Of a DNA stretch of 64,000 nucleotides, positions 38,750 through 52,617 are shown piece after piece; the first letter of the stretch is position 1; every line of letters starts with the position of its first letter. The notes under the pieces are model-generated. The model did no database searches and had not been told where the DNA came from. It saw only the letters and a list, made by a program, of their open reading frames with translations. Origin of the DNA: Octopus vulgaris (taxonomy: Eukaryota); the NCBI GenBank assembly GCA_951406725.2, contig OX597814.1:147312001-147376000 (forward strand). The letters are read 5' to 3'. Both the position numbers and the translations under genes were made by a program.

Positions 38750-40320
38750 TTCCGTTTTGTTTGTAGTAGGGATGCATGTTTTCTTTCACAATGAAAAGCA
38801 TCTCATTTTCGATATGGAATGCTACGTTTCCGATCCTGTTATTTTGTTTTTGATGGGTTCATTGTTTGAGGTAACTGAATAGGATGTTTGTACTATGTGT
38901 GTGTTTTGGGTTGTTCTTTTTTATGGGTGTGAGGTTTTTACTATTCATTTTTGTCTTTTTTTGACCATTGTCATTCCGTCGTCGCTCTTCTGGAATAAGG
39001 TTGGTGATAGTTCCTTTGGGATATCTCTCTTGGGTTTCTTTGGCATGTTTGATGTAGGCTGCTTAATTGTGGTTTTGGTAGACTTATTCTTTTCTTCCGG
39101 AGTGTCAGTTTGTGATGGGTTAATAGGTTGTTTCATTGTGGCGTTGGTCGACTTTTATTTTGAGTTTTTAGTCTGTGGTTGGTTGATGGATTGTTCCACT
39201 ATGTTACTGACAGTTGTGGGTCGATAGGTTCTTTCGTCACAGTCTTGATTGGCTCGCCCTTGCTTTCTTTCGGATCCTCAGTCTATGGTGTGTTGCTAGG
39301 TGGAGGGAGTGCTTCAGGTTGTAGGACCTGTAAGCATGTATTTTTTATGTGACTCGTTTGCCCACAATTAAAGCACCTCTGATTTCATTCCTCCACCGTA
39401 ACTCTTAGAGTGGTCTTCTTCAGAAGTATTATTTGTTCTACATTTCGAAATTACCTGGATTATTAGCTCCAGAGCTCGGTTCCACCAGTTGTGCTGGTAT
39501 AAGCTGGTCGCCTGAAGGATATTGGCTCTATCCTCCAGGTTCAGCAGCACGGCTGCCACCAACCGCGCCGCATCGATTTTTAGTGGGACCTTCCCTATCC
39601 TTTATTTCGATGTTCGCATTCCAAGGTAAGTCGGCAGTAACACCAGATCTGCCGACTTTAAGGAAGACGTAGAGTGTCCCTTTGCCTCTCAATTCTACTG
39701 TACTGAAGAGCCTTCCTCTATTTGCGTATTTTATGCCGCGGCAAATTGGTAGTAGGCACTTTTCGATGGCATCTTTAAATGCCATTTCTATCATTTTTGT
39801 TGTTATATAAACTACTGTTTTGCATTTTGTGTTGTATGTCACTTTTTCTGGGTGAGTCAGCTTCATGTTCGCTTCTTCCCTCTGCAATAAGTTTGTATAT
39901 TTTTCAAGCTCGCCCGGCCCGACTTGCACTTGTTCGATAGTGACACCGGCCACAGACGCGTTGTTCCTTTTCCCTTTACCATACTGTGTTTCAATTCGGA
40001 GGTCGGTTTCATCATTCTTTGATGTTTTTGTCTTCTTTCGTTTGGCGAAATGGGAGGTGGGGTAACTTTTATTCACACAATTCCTTCAAGAAGTAGTCCG
40101 GAATTACATATTAGGAGACGTCATCTTTCGTATTGTACTGAATGTGTAACAACATTTTCCACAGGGGTACTTCGCACAGAAAAAAGTACCTGCGAAAGCA
40201 TAAAATGTGTCCAAAAGACACAGAAAACAGCAAAAGTTGTATAACTGTTGAAAACAATGGTAATCCCAAAAGGAAAAAAAAAAATACAATTAAACGAGAC
40301 CAGCAGAAAAACGTTTGTTC
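38750..40320 (-). mobile_element. Tx1-like ORF1 (gag-like) element with CCHC zinc knuckle, no ORF2 visible
   Basis: ORF 39528-40076 is homologous to ORF1 at 22.9-23.2 kb; CFNCGQTSHIKNTC (CX2CX4HX4C) at 39334-39375 in another frame; followed by a K/T/P-rich tail. Confidence 0.75.
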
Positions 40321-42914
40321 AGTAAAAGGCATTCCAGCTATTATGTTTTATTTATACATCTACCTCTGCTTTCTAGTTCTTCTCACATGTTGGCTATGTA
40401 TAAGGGTGTGTGATCTTGATAAAGTAATCTCATGACATTTGGTCATTTCATTTTGTTTTAATATTTTTGTCTCCATTTTATTTTGTTGTCTCTCCAGTTT
40501 TGTTGCTGTATTTTACCTCTTATATTAACTACTCTGCATGCAGAAAATATATTTTGCTCATGTGTTGTGGGGACATTTATTACTTTCTCTTTGTCTTTCA
40601 CTAGATACATTTTTTGTTGTAATGTGTATATATAATAACTTACCTTTTGCGGAAGACTACTACTTTCCTGAATACACTATATTTCTCTCTTAGATTTTGA
40701 ATCTTGCTTCTATATGCACTAAATTTTGCCTTGTTAGTCTGCTTAGATTTGCTAATTCCTTTATCTGCCGAACTGTGTATATCATAAGAATACTCTATTA
40801 TTTGAACAACAAAAATATTAACTATTATCTTATAGTTACAATTTAACGCAGTTTTAAGTATTATAAGTAGCATTTAATACAGTTTATAGTGGCATATAAT
40901 AATAATTCCTGATCTTTCCTTTCATTGCTACGTATTGTCAGCTAACTGAATTCTAAATATTTATATGACTTGCTTGTATAATTTCCTTACTTATCTTTAG
41001 TGGCTTAACATGACATTAACATTTTATTAATTTTCTCTTTTCATTATTCACATTGATGCATTTTTATAAATCAAATTTCCTGTCAGTTCCTCTACTTAAC
41101 CTGTCTAATATCTGTAATACAGCTTTAAGTTGATTTCCTCAGTAACATACAACTTGCGATGCCATTTATATATAAACTATTCTTTCAAAGAATCTAAACT
41201 TGTATAGAATCTGATGGACAAAGGTGCAAAGCCACACAGGAAACGAGTAAAGAGAAACTTCCTCGATATTTTCCTCTTCTAATTCGTGTAGGATTCATAT
41301 AATATTCCAATATTCCACCATTTTGTTTGTATCCACAGACATTTTATGCAAGATTACTGAATGTGTCTGATTGATATTGCTGCTGCTTTAAATATTGCGA
41401 CTATCTCTAAGACCCATTTGCGAGGAACGATGTAAAATATCCTGGTAATCAAACTTAGCCATTCTCTTTCATACTTTCCCTGAAGATTTCGTTTACAGTA
41501 TGGCTCTATTTATCACCATTAATTGATATTTACTTTTATACGTGCCTTTATAGAATCCTGTTCATTGGAAGTGAGTTAAGTGAGTTATCTTTTCCAAGTT
41601 GAACATTTAGTCTTTGTGTTATTGCTGAAACCTTTTTGCATACATTACACAGAAATGTGATGTATTTCTCGACATTTTCATTTTTAATTGTTCAGGCTTA
41701 CTTCTTTAAACAACGAGATCACCAGATGATGTTTTAGATGATTATATTTTCTATGAAGAAAGTCATAACGAACTTGTAAAACATTTCACCCAAATCAGAT
41801 TTTAATCTTCTCATTTGTTCATATTTTCTAGCGGCTTACTTTGTTGTGTTTTGGTACATTCCACGATTATTACGGCATATTTGTTGGCGTTACGGACATC
41901 CTTTTTCTTGGTTATGCCTTCTCTGTTCATAAACTTGCCTTAAAATTCTCCTACTTTTATTATTGGTACTGCATTGATTTTAATTTATTTTTCACTAGTT
42001 CATTGAGAGCATCGTTTGAGTTAGATTTCAACTATTAATTTCGTTCAAAGAAACGTTTTCGATTTTCATAACGGTGGATTCTTTCCAATTTAGCTAGGAT
42101 CTCTCGTTTAGATATTTGATTTCGGGTATATTTTATTTTCTTATTCTGCATTTTCCTTGTTTTTGTTTTTGTTTCTTTACCATACAGGACATTTTGTTGT
42201 TCATTTCTGTAATTTTCGTTGATGATTTACTGCTATAAGATGGACCTGACCGCTCAGTACGTTATCATTTTTTGAGTTTCCTTTAAATTATTTTTGATTT
42301 TTATCCTCGTATCTTCCTTTATTTGTTTTCATTGTATAGTTGAAAGAACTGAATAGAATCGAGAAGAGGTAGGCAGGTTTGTGTGAGGGTTCCTGTAATA
42401 AGGGAAACCATTGATTTAAAGAGCTTAAAAATTTTCAGGAATCGATTAAGAAAAATTTTTTAAAGTAGTCTGTTCGGAGTGAAAGATATAACAGTGCTTT
42501 ATTGCTTTCGTAGTGAAAATAGAAATGGTGAGACTGGAAGCTAAAGAACATGAAATCACAAGCTTTACCACTAACAAATACCTTCAGTAAGAGCTGCTTA
42601 GTTAATGTGACAAGAACATTTCATTACAACTACCAACTGCGGCAGAAAAGGCTTACACTGTCATTCAATATGCTAGAAATATCAGCCAAATGCCCCCTGC
42701 CAATTTCCCCCTACATTTTTAAGTAAGAGAATGACAAGGTAGGTGATATAGTCCTACACATCCATTTACTGATGGAATGTCATTGTGAGAAAATCCTTAA
42801 TGAAGATCTGCTTAAATCAAAATTGACCTGGGCAAAAAGAACAAAAATAGTTGCAATACCAACGGCTAACAGAGCGAGCTATATCAAGAGCAAGGTGATA
42901 TATTCTTTTTTTTT

Positions 42915-43310
42915 TCTTTTATTCTTTTACTTGTTTCAGTCATTTGACTGCGGCCATGCTGGAGCACCGCCTTTAGTCGAGCAAATCGATCCCGGGACTT
43001 ATTATTTCTAAGCCCAGTACTTATTTTATCGGTCTCTTTTTGCCGAACCGCTAAGTGACGGGGACGTAAACACACCAGCATCGGTTGTCAAGCAATGCTA
43101 GGGGTACAAACACATACACACATATATATATATATATACATATATACGACAGGCTTCTTTCAGTTTCCGTCTACCAAATCCACTCACAAGGCATTGGTCG
43201 GCCCGGGGCTATAGCAGAAGACACTTGCCCAAGATGCCACGCAGTGGGACTGAACCCGGAACCATGTGGTTGGTAAGCAAGCTACATACCACACAGCCAC
43301 TCCTGAGCCT
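42915..43310 (-). mobile_element. SINE family B, full length
   Basis: Reverse complement of 46047-46452, including the internal (TA)/(TG) tract and ggtgctccagcatggccgcagtc tail. Confidence 0.92.
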
Positions 43311-43771
43311 ATTGCGGAGAAATTAGCAAACAAGCAGAGTGTTTGATAAAGCAAGTACAGAAAGTTTTCATGAAGCGATAACCCATGTAATACAATTTAG
43401 AGCATATGTGCCATGGACGGTCTCATTGTTGTAATAAAACGCATTAGCTTTCACTGTTGCAATTAATTCAGCACAGTTCTAACTTTCACAAGTCGTATTT
43501 ACGATCAAGGGAATTAAAGGCATGATCGATACATCGCGTTTATATTTATATAACTATAGAAAATATAGCAATACCACAGATCTATGAGACTTTTCAGCTT
43601 ACCAATTAACGTTTCCTCTACTGATATTTGTTGCGCTTACCATTTCCACATTTCGCCATATAACATATGGCATATTTCATTAGTGTATCTTGGAATACAT
43701 AAGCATGTATTATTCTTCTTCATTAATATATATCTCTATAAGGGAAGTCCATTTGGCTGAGTCGTCAGATG

Positions 43772-44185
43772 GTATCTTTTCGGTTTGAACGGCAGTTTTT
43801 TCTTGCGGTGTCATATGAAATTGTCACCCATAATTATGACCCTAGAATCGATCTATTGCATTTCAATCTCTTTTAGGGTTAGGGTTAGGGGTGGGGGAAG
43901 GGTATCCTTTTTCTTCGCAAATGTAAATAAACCCAATCTGTTTCTTAAACGAGGGACATATTCATACGGCACAGAATGCTTTTAACTCAATAGACGTCAC
44001 TGATTGGTTGAAATTGCAGAAATTGAAGAAAAAATACAACAAATATCTTACAAACTATAGAATTTTCTCAATAAAGCCACGAGAAAAAGATATCTTATAA
44101 ACACATTCTACCAGTATACGAAGTTTAAAATTTTTTAGTTACCTAGAAATTATGTTAAAAACTGCCGTTCAAACCGAAAAGATCC
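43772..44185. mobile_element. MITE with ~30-bp TIRs and 8-bp TSD (Merlin-like), copy 2, containing (TTAGGG)3
   Basis: gtatcttttcggtttgaacggcagtttt ... aaaactgccgttcaaaccgaaaagatcc; TSD gtcagatg / gtcaggtg. Confidence 0.88.
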
Positions 44186-45469
44186 GTCAGGTGTAATGTA
44201 TTGCTATATTCGTTCCGGATCCGTACTTGAATTCAAAATCCATTTACGACTAACTTCGCATTTCGCCCTTTCGGTTTTGATAACTTAATGTTCTAGAGAA
44301 GTACTGAAGACGAATCAGTCGATTAACATGCGCTGCCAAAATTTTCATTCTTCAACCTATGTTAGACTTAATTACTATATACCTATTTTCTTTCTCAAAA
44401 CAATACGATTACCTTTGAGAACAGTCTTGTAAGTTTCTTGCAACCACTATGTCTTTTTCGTAGACGTGTGTTGTTGTACCGAAAGAGAGAAGAGCTAGAA
44501 GATTTGTGATTGCGCGATCAGTGGTAGTTGCATTTTAATGGTGTTTTTGTTGTGATGATTGCATTTCAGTTGATATTATTAATGTGGTGGTTTTCGTATT
44601 GCTCATTACTGAACAAAGATGATGGAAATGGAGTTAGTTATAGTTGCAAAGTTGCAGCTCTTGACATCTTTGAAGTTGATGAGCACGTGGGCAATAGTTT
44701 GACAAGAATTGTGGTAATGATGTTGATGATAATGACGATGACGATGAGGATGATGATGATTAGGGTGGTGGTGGTGATGATGATGATGATGATGATATGC
44801 ATTATCTTAGAAAAAATAACAACATCACAAAGGATTCTGACACTTTCCTACTTGCCACTTAACGTTTCTTCTGTTGAGATCTGTTGTGTTTCACAATTCC
44901 ATATTACGCCACATGACAGCTCATTTCAACCACATTTGGCTGATACATACACATACAAACACATCCGTACACACACACAGACACAAACACATTAACACAC
45001 ACGCACGCACACACTCACGCACGCGTGTGACTCTGTGTAATATGTATTATGTATATATTTCTTCAGTTGACAACATGTCATTGTGGCTGTTACTTCTGTA
45101 ATTGATTTTGCCGCTACTTTAGTTCTTGTTGTTGTACTCGTGATTTGAGGGATTCCAAGAGAAGAAAGATGACTGGAATTTTAAATATATTTCTTGTTTC
45201 TTACCTGATGTCAATTTACAGTCATTCTTAAATTTCTTTTTACATTTGCATTGTGTTATACCTGTTTATTCTTCTTAAGGCGTACTTATCTCTAATTGTT
45301 ATTTTGTTTACATTATTTTAAGGTATATTATATTTATGTTTCATTTGTTTATTGCATATCGTCTTTGGAATTAACGAATATTTCACTAAATATATAAATT
45401 TGATGAATTTGGATTTCCTCATCGTAGGTGTATATGCATGTCTTTATGTGTATGTGGATACACACACAC

Positions 45470-46020
45470 ACGGGACTATCACTCAGGCGTAGATGCACAC
45501 TGCATCGACAACAGATTGCATTCCCAGAATATAGAATGATACCTTTTAGTGAGCACATTGAGAAATGCGCAAAGCAACTACTGCCACAATTTTTAATCTT
45601 CCCATTTTACCAATGTGCTTTCAGATCATCAACACAAATGAGACTGAACAAGGAAACATTCTTCATTGAAAAGTACAAACCCAAACTCAACCATCCGAAC
45701 ATACTGACACAGAGAAATTCACAAGGGAAAGGAAAAAAATTTTATGCGATTATCTCCCTTACACCGGAAGAAATCACTCACTACCTCCCCTTATTTAGAA
45801 ATCTCCTGAAAATAAACACAACGATAACTCCATGCAATATAAACATAACGTCACAAGAAATTTGAAAAGCTACACGCGAAACCGGTATTTCTTTTAATTT
45901 ATGTCATTATAAGAAGGAAAATATTTTTTTTTTTAATTTTCTAATATTCTTCAGACATATTGACGCAAATATATATATTTTTTAACATTCAAGCCTTCTG
46001 TCGTTTTTTCACTCTACTAT
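45470..46020 (+). mobile_element. Penelope-like element 3' fragment (GIY-YIG C-terminus plus pseudo-LTR)
   Basis: GLSLRRRCTLHRQQI...MRLNKETFFIEKYKPKLN; decayed hammerhead-like motif at 45857-45891. Confidence 0.8.
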
Positions 46021-46046
46021 TTTATATATATATATATATATATATA

Positions 46047-46452
46047 GGCGTAGGAGTGGCTGTCTGGTAAGTAGCTTGCTTAAGAACCACATGGCTCCGG
46101 GTTCAGTCCCACAGCGTAGCACCTTGGGCAAGTGTTTTCTACTACAGCTTCGGACCGACCAAAGCCTTGTGAGGGGATTTCTAAACGGAAACTGAAAGAA
46201 GCCCGTCGTATATATGTATATATATATGTATGTGTGTATATCTTTGTGTTTCTGTGTTTGTCCCCCCCAACATCGCTTGACAACCGATGCTGGTGTGTTT
46301 ACGTCCCCGTAACTTAGCGGTTCGGCAAAAGAGATCGATAGAATAAGTACTAGGCTTACAAAGAATAAGCCTTGGGCTCGATTGCTCGACTAAAGGCGGT
46401 GCTCCCTCATAGCCACAGTCAAATGACTGAAACAAGTAAAAGAGTAAAAGAG
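46047..46452 (+). mobile_element. SINE family B, full length
   Basis: ggcgtaggagtggctgtctggtaag (A-box-like), gggttcagtccc (B-box-like), caccttgggcaagtg, tail gactgaaacaagtaaaagag. Confidence 0.92.
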
Positions 46453-46478
46453 TATACCTACACACACACACGCCCCCC

Positions 46479-46510
<32 letters not shown>

Positions 46511-46512
<2 letters not shown>

Positions 46513-46741
46513 TTCTTTAACTACCCACAAGGGGCTAAACACAGAGAGGACAAACAAGGACAGACAAACGGATTAAGTCGATTACATCGACCCCAGTGCG
46601 TAACTGGTACTTAATTTATCGACCCCGAAAGGATGAAAGGCAATGTCGACCTCGGCGGAATTTGAACTCAGAACGTAACGACAGACGAAATACGGCTACG
46701 AATTTCGCCCGGCGTGCCAACGTTTCTACCAGCTCGCCGCC
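46511..46741 (-). mobile_element. SINE family A, full-length monomer within (TA)n
   Basis: Reverse complement of 16633-16865. Confidence 0.93.
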
Positions 46742-46744
46742 GTA

Positions 46745-46780
<36 letters not shown>

Positions 46781-46797
46781 TTATTTATTTATATATG

Positions 46798-47400
46798 CCC
46801 AAACCTTCTAGAATGATCAGAATTCCTTTTCAAAGAGGGACAAAAATTCAGAATCAAATCTGACTTTACTTGTGCCTCAGATAACCTGATTTATAAGATG
46901 CTCCGGTTGCCACCAAAACTACATAGGGTCCAGGGGATTATCGCTCAGACGCAGATGCACTCTGCACCAGCAGCAGATTACATTCCCAGAATACAGAATG
47001 ACACCCTTTAGTGATCACATTGAGAAATGCGCAAAGCAACTGCTACCACAATTTCTAATCTTTCCATTTTATCAATGTGTTTTCAGAGCACCAACACAAG
47101 TTAGATTAAATAAAGAAACCTACTTCATGCAAAAATATAAGTCAAAGCTTAACCAAGGAAAATTATCTTATTCGAAAATATAAAGCAAAACTTAACCACA
47201 TCTATCATTTTATTCTTCCTAAAAAAAATCATGTTAAATTAATAAAAATCTAGTCATTACCAACTTTTTTCATCATTTCCCTTATACCGAAAAAATTCCT
47301 GATTACCTTCCCTATCTGCAACTCTCATACTTCACATTATAGCGAAGAGATGACAAAATATCGGTAAAGAAATTTGAGAAATTTCAAAAGAAAATAAGAA
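46798..47400 (+). mobile_element. Penelope-like GIY-YIG endonuclease fragment, second copy
   Basis: FTCASDNLIY..CSGCHQNYIG..GLSLRRRCTLH..LNKETYFMQKYKSKLN across frameshifts; homologous to 45470-45700. Confidence 0.85.
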
Positions 47401-47566
47401 ACAATCGATTTGTAATGAGCACCAAGAATTATATCAGGTAAGCAATCCCACTGACTTTTATTCGACTGATGTACCTTGGGTTCGCTTCTCTAGATTGTGA
47501 ATATCTAACCGACTGCTTATCTAATATAGCAAAAATGAATATGGTTATTTGCATATCTGCATGTTC

Positions 47567-47641
<75 letters not shown>

Positions 47642-47652
47642 CATCATTATTA

Positions 47653-47722
<70 letters not shown>

Positions 47723-47724
47723 CA

Positions 47725-47786
<62 letters not shown>
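47567..47786. repeat. (TTA)n microsatellite at the 3' end of the Dong-like LINE
   Basis: Direct reading. Confidence 0.97.
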
Positions 47787-47789
<3 letters not shown>

Positions 47790-50700
47790 TAGTTTTATTT
47801 TTATAGCGTACTTTCACTTCACTACCCAGCGCAGCTCTGTTACTTGTTGTGATGCTCTGATGGTTATTGTATGGAAAGTGTTCTGCGTAGGATGTGTGCA
47901 GTGCCTAGTAGTGCAATTTTCTGTATGTTATATGTGTTTGTAAGTCCTGGTGTTTTTGTTATGTATTTGTCTGAATATTTTTTTATCATGCCTAATGCAC
48001 CTACTATGATAGGAATTGTTTCTGTTTTTAGATTCCACATTCTGGTTACCTCTATTTCCAGGTCTTTGTATATTGAAAGTTTCTCCATTTCTTTTAGAGA
48101 CACGTTGTCATCTACCGGTATTGGTACATCAATTAGAAAGCATTTTTTTCTTCATGATCTCTGACAACTATATCTGGTCTGTTGGCCTTAATTTCTCTAT
48201 CGGCATATCCCAGAGTATGGTTGCTTTCTCGTTTTCTGTGACCTTTACTGGTGTGTGCCTATACCATATTTTTGCTGTTGTTATTCCATAATGTTGCCAT
48301 AGCTTCCAGTGTATGTAGGTTCCAACTCTCTCATGTCTGTGAATATATTCCTTCTTAGCCAGGACCGGCAGCCAGAGATATGATTTATTGTTTCTTGTCC
48401 ATCTCCACATATTCTGCAGTTACTTGTTATATTTCTTTTCATTACATGTTTTCGGTAATTTTTGGTGGGGAGGCTTTGGTCTTGTGCTGCAATTAAAAAT
48501 CCCTCTGTCTCTGCTTTGAGTCCTGAGCTTCTCAACCATTGCTGGGATTTTTCTTTGTCTATTTCTTTTGCGTTTAATTTAGTCCAGTATTTGCCATGAA
48601 GGGGCTTTTCTTGCCATCGTTTTATCATGGTTCGTTGCTGTTCTAGTTTTAGTTTGGATTTCATTTGTTTTATAGCTTTTGTTGTTTCTTCATATTTGTT
48701 AGGTGGTATGATTTCTTGTTTGTATTTGTCAGCTTCCTTAAATACTGAGAACAGTTTTTTTGTTTTGCTCGTGTTTTGCCGCTATTTGTATCAGTTTTCC
48801 TTCTTTCTGAAGTAGATATTTTTGCAGTCCTATGGTGGTTATTTTATAGTAGTTGTCCAGCTGTATAAGGCCTCTACCACCTTCTATACGTTGTATATAT
48901 AGTCTTTCTATGTCAGATTTTGTGTGATGCATCCTAGACACTGTCATTATTTTCCTTGTTTTCCAATCTATTTTGGTCAGTTCATTTAGTGTCCAGTTAA
49001 GGATGTTGTAGCTGTAACTTATAACTGGGACAGCTAAAATGTTAATACCTATAATCTTGTTTTTAGCATTGAGCTCTGTTTTTAGTATTGATATAACTCG
49101 TCTATAATATTCTTTTTTTTTTCTCTTTCATTTGTGTGTGTTGTGTCTTATCTAGCTCATGGATTTCTAAGTATTTGTAAGTTTGGCTTTGGTCTAATTC
49201 TTGTATTTCATTGGTTTTTATCTAGTGTGATGTTGCTACTCTTAACTAATTTTCCTCTTTTCAGTGTTACTTTGGCGCATTTTTCTAATCCAAATTTCAT
49301 ATCTATTTCTTTGGTAAATCCATGAACTTCCTTTAGTACTGTTTCCAGCTGTTTGTCATTTGCAGCGTATAGTTTTAGGTCATCCATATATAAAAGGTGG
49401 CTGATCGTTTTGCCGTAACATTTATATCCGCATCCAGTTCTGCTTAGCATATCAGATAGAGATGACAGTACCTAGCAGAAAAGGAGAGGAAAGAGCGTGT
49501 CTCCCTGGAATATTCCTCTTCTAATGAGGATGGCTTTGGTTTTCATGAGTCCCTCTTTTGTTTGGAGCTGTAGCACTGTTTGCCATTTATTCATAGAGTG
49601 CCCTATGTATTTTATAATTGTTGGTGCTACTTTGTTAATGGCTAGTGTTTCGAGGATCCATGTGTGGGGGATGCTATCAAACGTCATTCCGTAGTCGATC
49701 CAGGCCATACTGAGGTCTTTCTTCTTTCTGTGGCTGTCTTCAGTTATGGCTTCATTGATCATTAGTTGATCTTTACAGCCGTATAAGCCTTTGCGGCATC
49801 CTTTCTGTTCTTCTGGGAACAGGTTGTTTTCGTCCAAGTGCTTGTTTAATCTTTGTGATATTACTGCAGTAAATGGTATGTACATCGTAGGGAGACAGGT
49901 TATAGGTCGGTAGTTTTCTGGTTTTGCTGTCTCATTGGATTTGGGAATTAAGATGGTTTTCCCCTTCGTGAGTCATTCAGGCATTGTCTCTGGCTCTGCC
50001 AGTATGTTGTTAAAGCTTTCAGACAGCTTTTTGTGCATTTCTGGTAGATATTTCAACCAGAAGTTGGGGATCTTATCATGCCCAGGTACCTTCCAGTTGC
50101 TTGGTCTTTTTAGTGCCTGGGTGACCTCTTCAGTTGTTATGGGGGTCCAAAGTTTCTCAGATGCTGTGTTTGTTGTTTTAATACTCTTTTTTGGGTTGTT
50201 CATTCGCCGACCATATTCCTTTCCAGAATTCTTCCACTTCTTCAGCCGTTGGTGCTTCAGTGATGTCTATTTTATTCTTGTCAAGTTCTTGGTAGAACTA
50301 TTTGGGGTTGGAGTTGAACTGTTTGTTCTGTTCAAAGAAACGTTGGCGTTTCTCATACCGGCGGATCCTTTGTGCTTTGACAAGGATATCTTGCTTTAGT
50401 TTTTCTTTTATCTCAGGTAAATCTTTTTCTGAGATGTTGTATTTGCACAGTATTTTTGTTTTCTTTTTGTTGCTTAGTGGCGTTGATTTTCTACTGATTT
50501 CTTTAAGAATCGACAGATCTTTTCTCATTTTTTGTATTTTCTTTTGCATGTTAGTTATCCACAGGGTTTGTTTGGGTGGTGGTACTCCTGTTTGGATGGG
50601 TTTGAGTGAGTATCCAGCTTCTTTCGTGGCTGCAGTGGCTGCTGCATATACTAAGTCATTTAGCTCAGTGATATCGCTATTTGTTTCAGTGGCTATTAGT

Positions 50701-51867
50701 TAGGTGATGGCTAGGTTTATGCTGTTTATAATTGATGGTGTTTTGTTTATTTTGATTTTTGGGAGGTATGGTCGGTGGTCCATCTTAAGATCTGTGTTTT
50801 TCAGTTCTTTGATTATTCTACTTTTAATATTATTATAATCATTAGGCTCCCCTTCGTTGTTTCCAGGTTTTAGATTTGTGTCGCTTTCTTTCTCATCCTT
50901 ATGTTTGTCTGTAGTGTTTTGGCTTGCTGCTTGTCGTGCATTATTATGCATCCTTACGGTCTGGTTTTGTTATTTTTTTTTGTTTACATCGTTTTTGTTG
51001 GGAATGTTACGTTTGTCTTCGTGTTTTGCTATCTCAGTGTTCATATTATTTGGCATTGTTTTGTGGTTTCTATCTACATTTTCCTGATGTATTTTGTTTT
51101 TTAAATGTTCTATCTGTATTTCTGATATTTTTTTTGCGTTGAGAATATATCTTCGTACGTTAGCTAGTTTATTAGGGTTCATTGTTGTATCTAATTCTTT
51201 GTTTATGTTATTTTTCTTCCATATTTTATATGTATATGTTGTGTTTTCATTCTTTGGATAGAGCACTGCTGTAAAGTAAGCATGTAGGATAGAAATGTAT
51301 TTCTCACGTGTCCATTTATGCCTTTTTGGTTTTATTTGCGGGACATGAGGAACAACGTCCGGCCCATTATTTTGACTGTCGTCATTTTCGTAGGGTACCA
51401 GTCCCGTTCATTTCTGTTGTCACTTTGTTTTGTACGTGTACTTTTTCGTACTTTCTGTGTAACAGGTTCAAAGTACGCACTTCCCGATTGTTATTCTTGG
51501 GTTGAATAATATCGGTGTTATTTAATTTCTTCGTAGTTTTTTTGTACATGGTGTTTGGGGCCGGAGATGATCTGGTGTTGATGGATCGTAATGTATCACG
51601 CATGTTTACATGTGTTGTGTTAGAGATGGAGATGATATCGAGTTAAAATGCATCATTTCGTTTGGAAAATAGCATTAAATTTCAATGAGTATTACTTACT
51701 CGGATATAGTCCAATCCTTTGTGAGTTAATTTTTGGCTCCATACGATGTCTTTGTTTTCGAAGTTTGTGGATAGATTTCGGAGCACTCTTTTATCGTTCT
51801 CACATGTTAAACGTCCCCGGTGTACTCTGTTAAACGTCGCCGGTGTTCTCTCGTTAAACGTCCCCGG
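47787..51867 (-). mobile_element. R4/Dong-like non-LTR retrotransposon, apparently full length (~4.1 kb), inserted in (TAA)n
   Basis: RT motifs EQKGCRKG, AWIDYGMTFDSIPH, GIFQGDTL, HLLYMDDLKLY, FGLEKCA; CCHC CRICGDGQETINH..GC; REL region ILWD, RP(T/D), YKDL, PIIVGALG; (TAA)n on both flanks. Confidence 0.93.
47864..51603 (-). pseudogene. Single RT + REL ORF of the Dong-like element, broken by frameshifts and stops
   Basis: A chain of colinear minus-strand ORF pieces from 51603 to 47864. Confidence 0.9.
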
Positions 51868-52048
<181 letters not shown>

Positions 52049-52617
52049 AGTCAAATTACAGCATATGCCATTTAAATTTGCCCGATGCACGTACACGATT
52101 TCGCTTCGGCCCACTTTAGTGGATGGACCTTAAATAAACTAATCAATAGTTGAATGCAATTGGATGCAAGAGCAATCGCTAGAATGCAGCAGAAATGCGC
52201 ATCGGGCTAATTTAAATTGAATATGCTGTAAGTGGCTGTAGAAAAAATAACGAGAAAAATTATTCAGATGTACTGATCTCCAAATTCAATGTTATGTATG
52301 ATGTATACCCATCTACCAAGCACCAAATATATATGCAGGTGCATGCATGTGAATATATGTGTATATATACACAATGACACTCAGTCATCCATATAGACCC
52401 ATATATATACAGACATACTCGCGTGCGCGCAAACACACTCATACACACACACACACACACAATTCAAAGTCTATGAGAATTACCTCATACAGGTTTTGAA
52501 ATGTACAGGTGGTTTTTTAAAACATTAGTTTTTTTTTTTAATGTTATGAAATCTATTATGAGGATGTTACTAACCTTTTTGGGGATTTTTTGTCTAATTT
52601 ACCTTTATATATAGATA

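Noticed and set aside
40560-42400. A-rich minus-strand stretch possibly from an old Penelope/LINE ORF
   Set aside because: No RT motif could be read with confidence; needs TBLASTN/HMM.
51806-51867. Short direct repeats resembling a CRISPR array
   Set aside because: Only ~2.6 tandem units with 8-9-nt similar spacers, at a LINE 5' end in eukaryotic DNA, with no cas genes.
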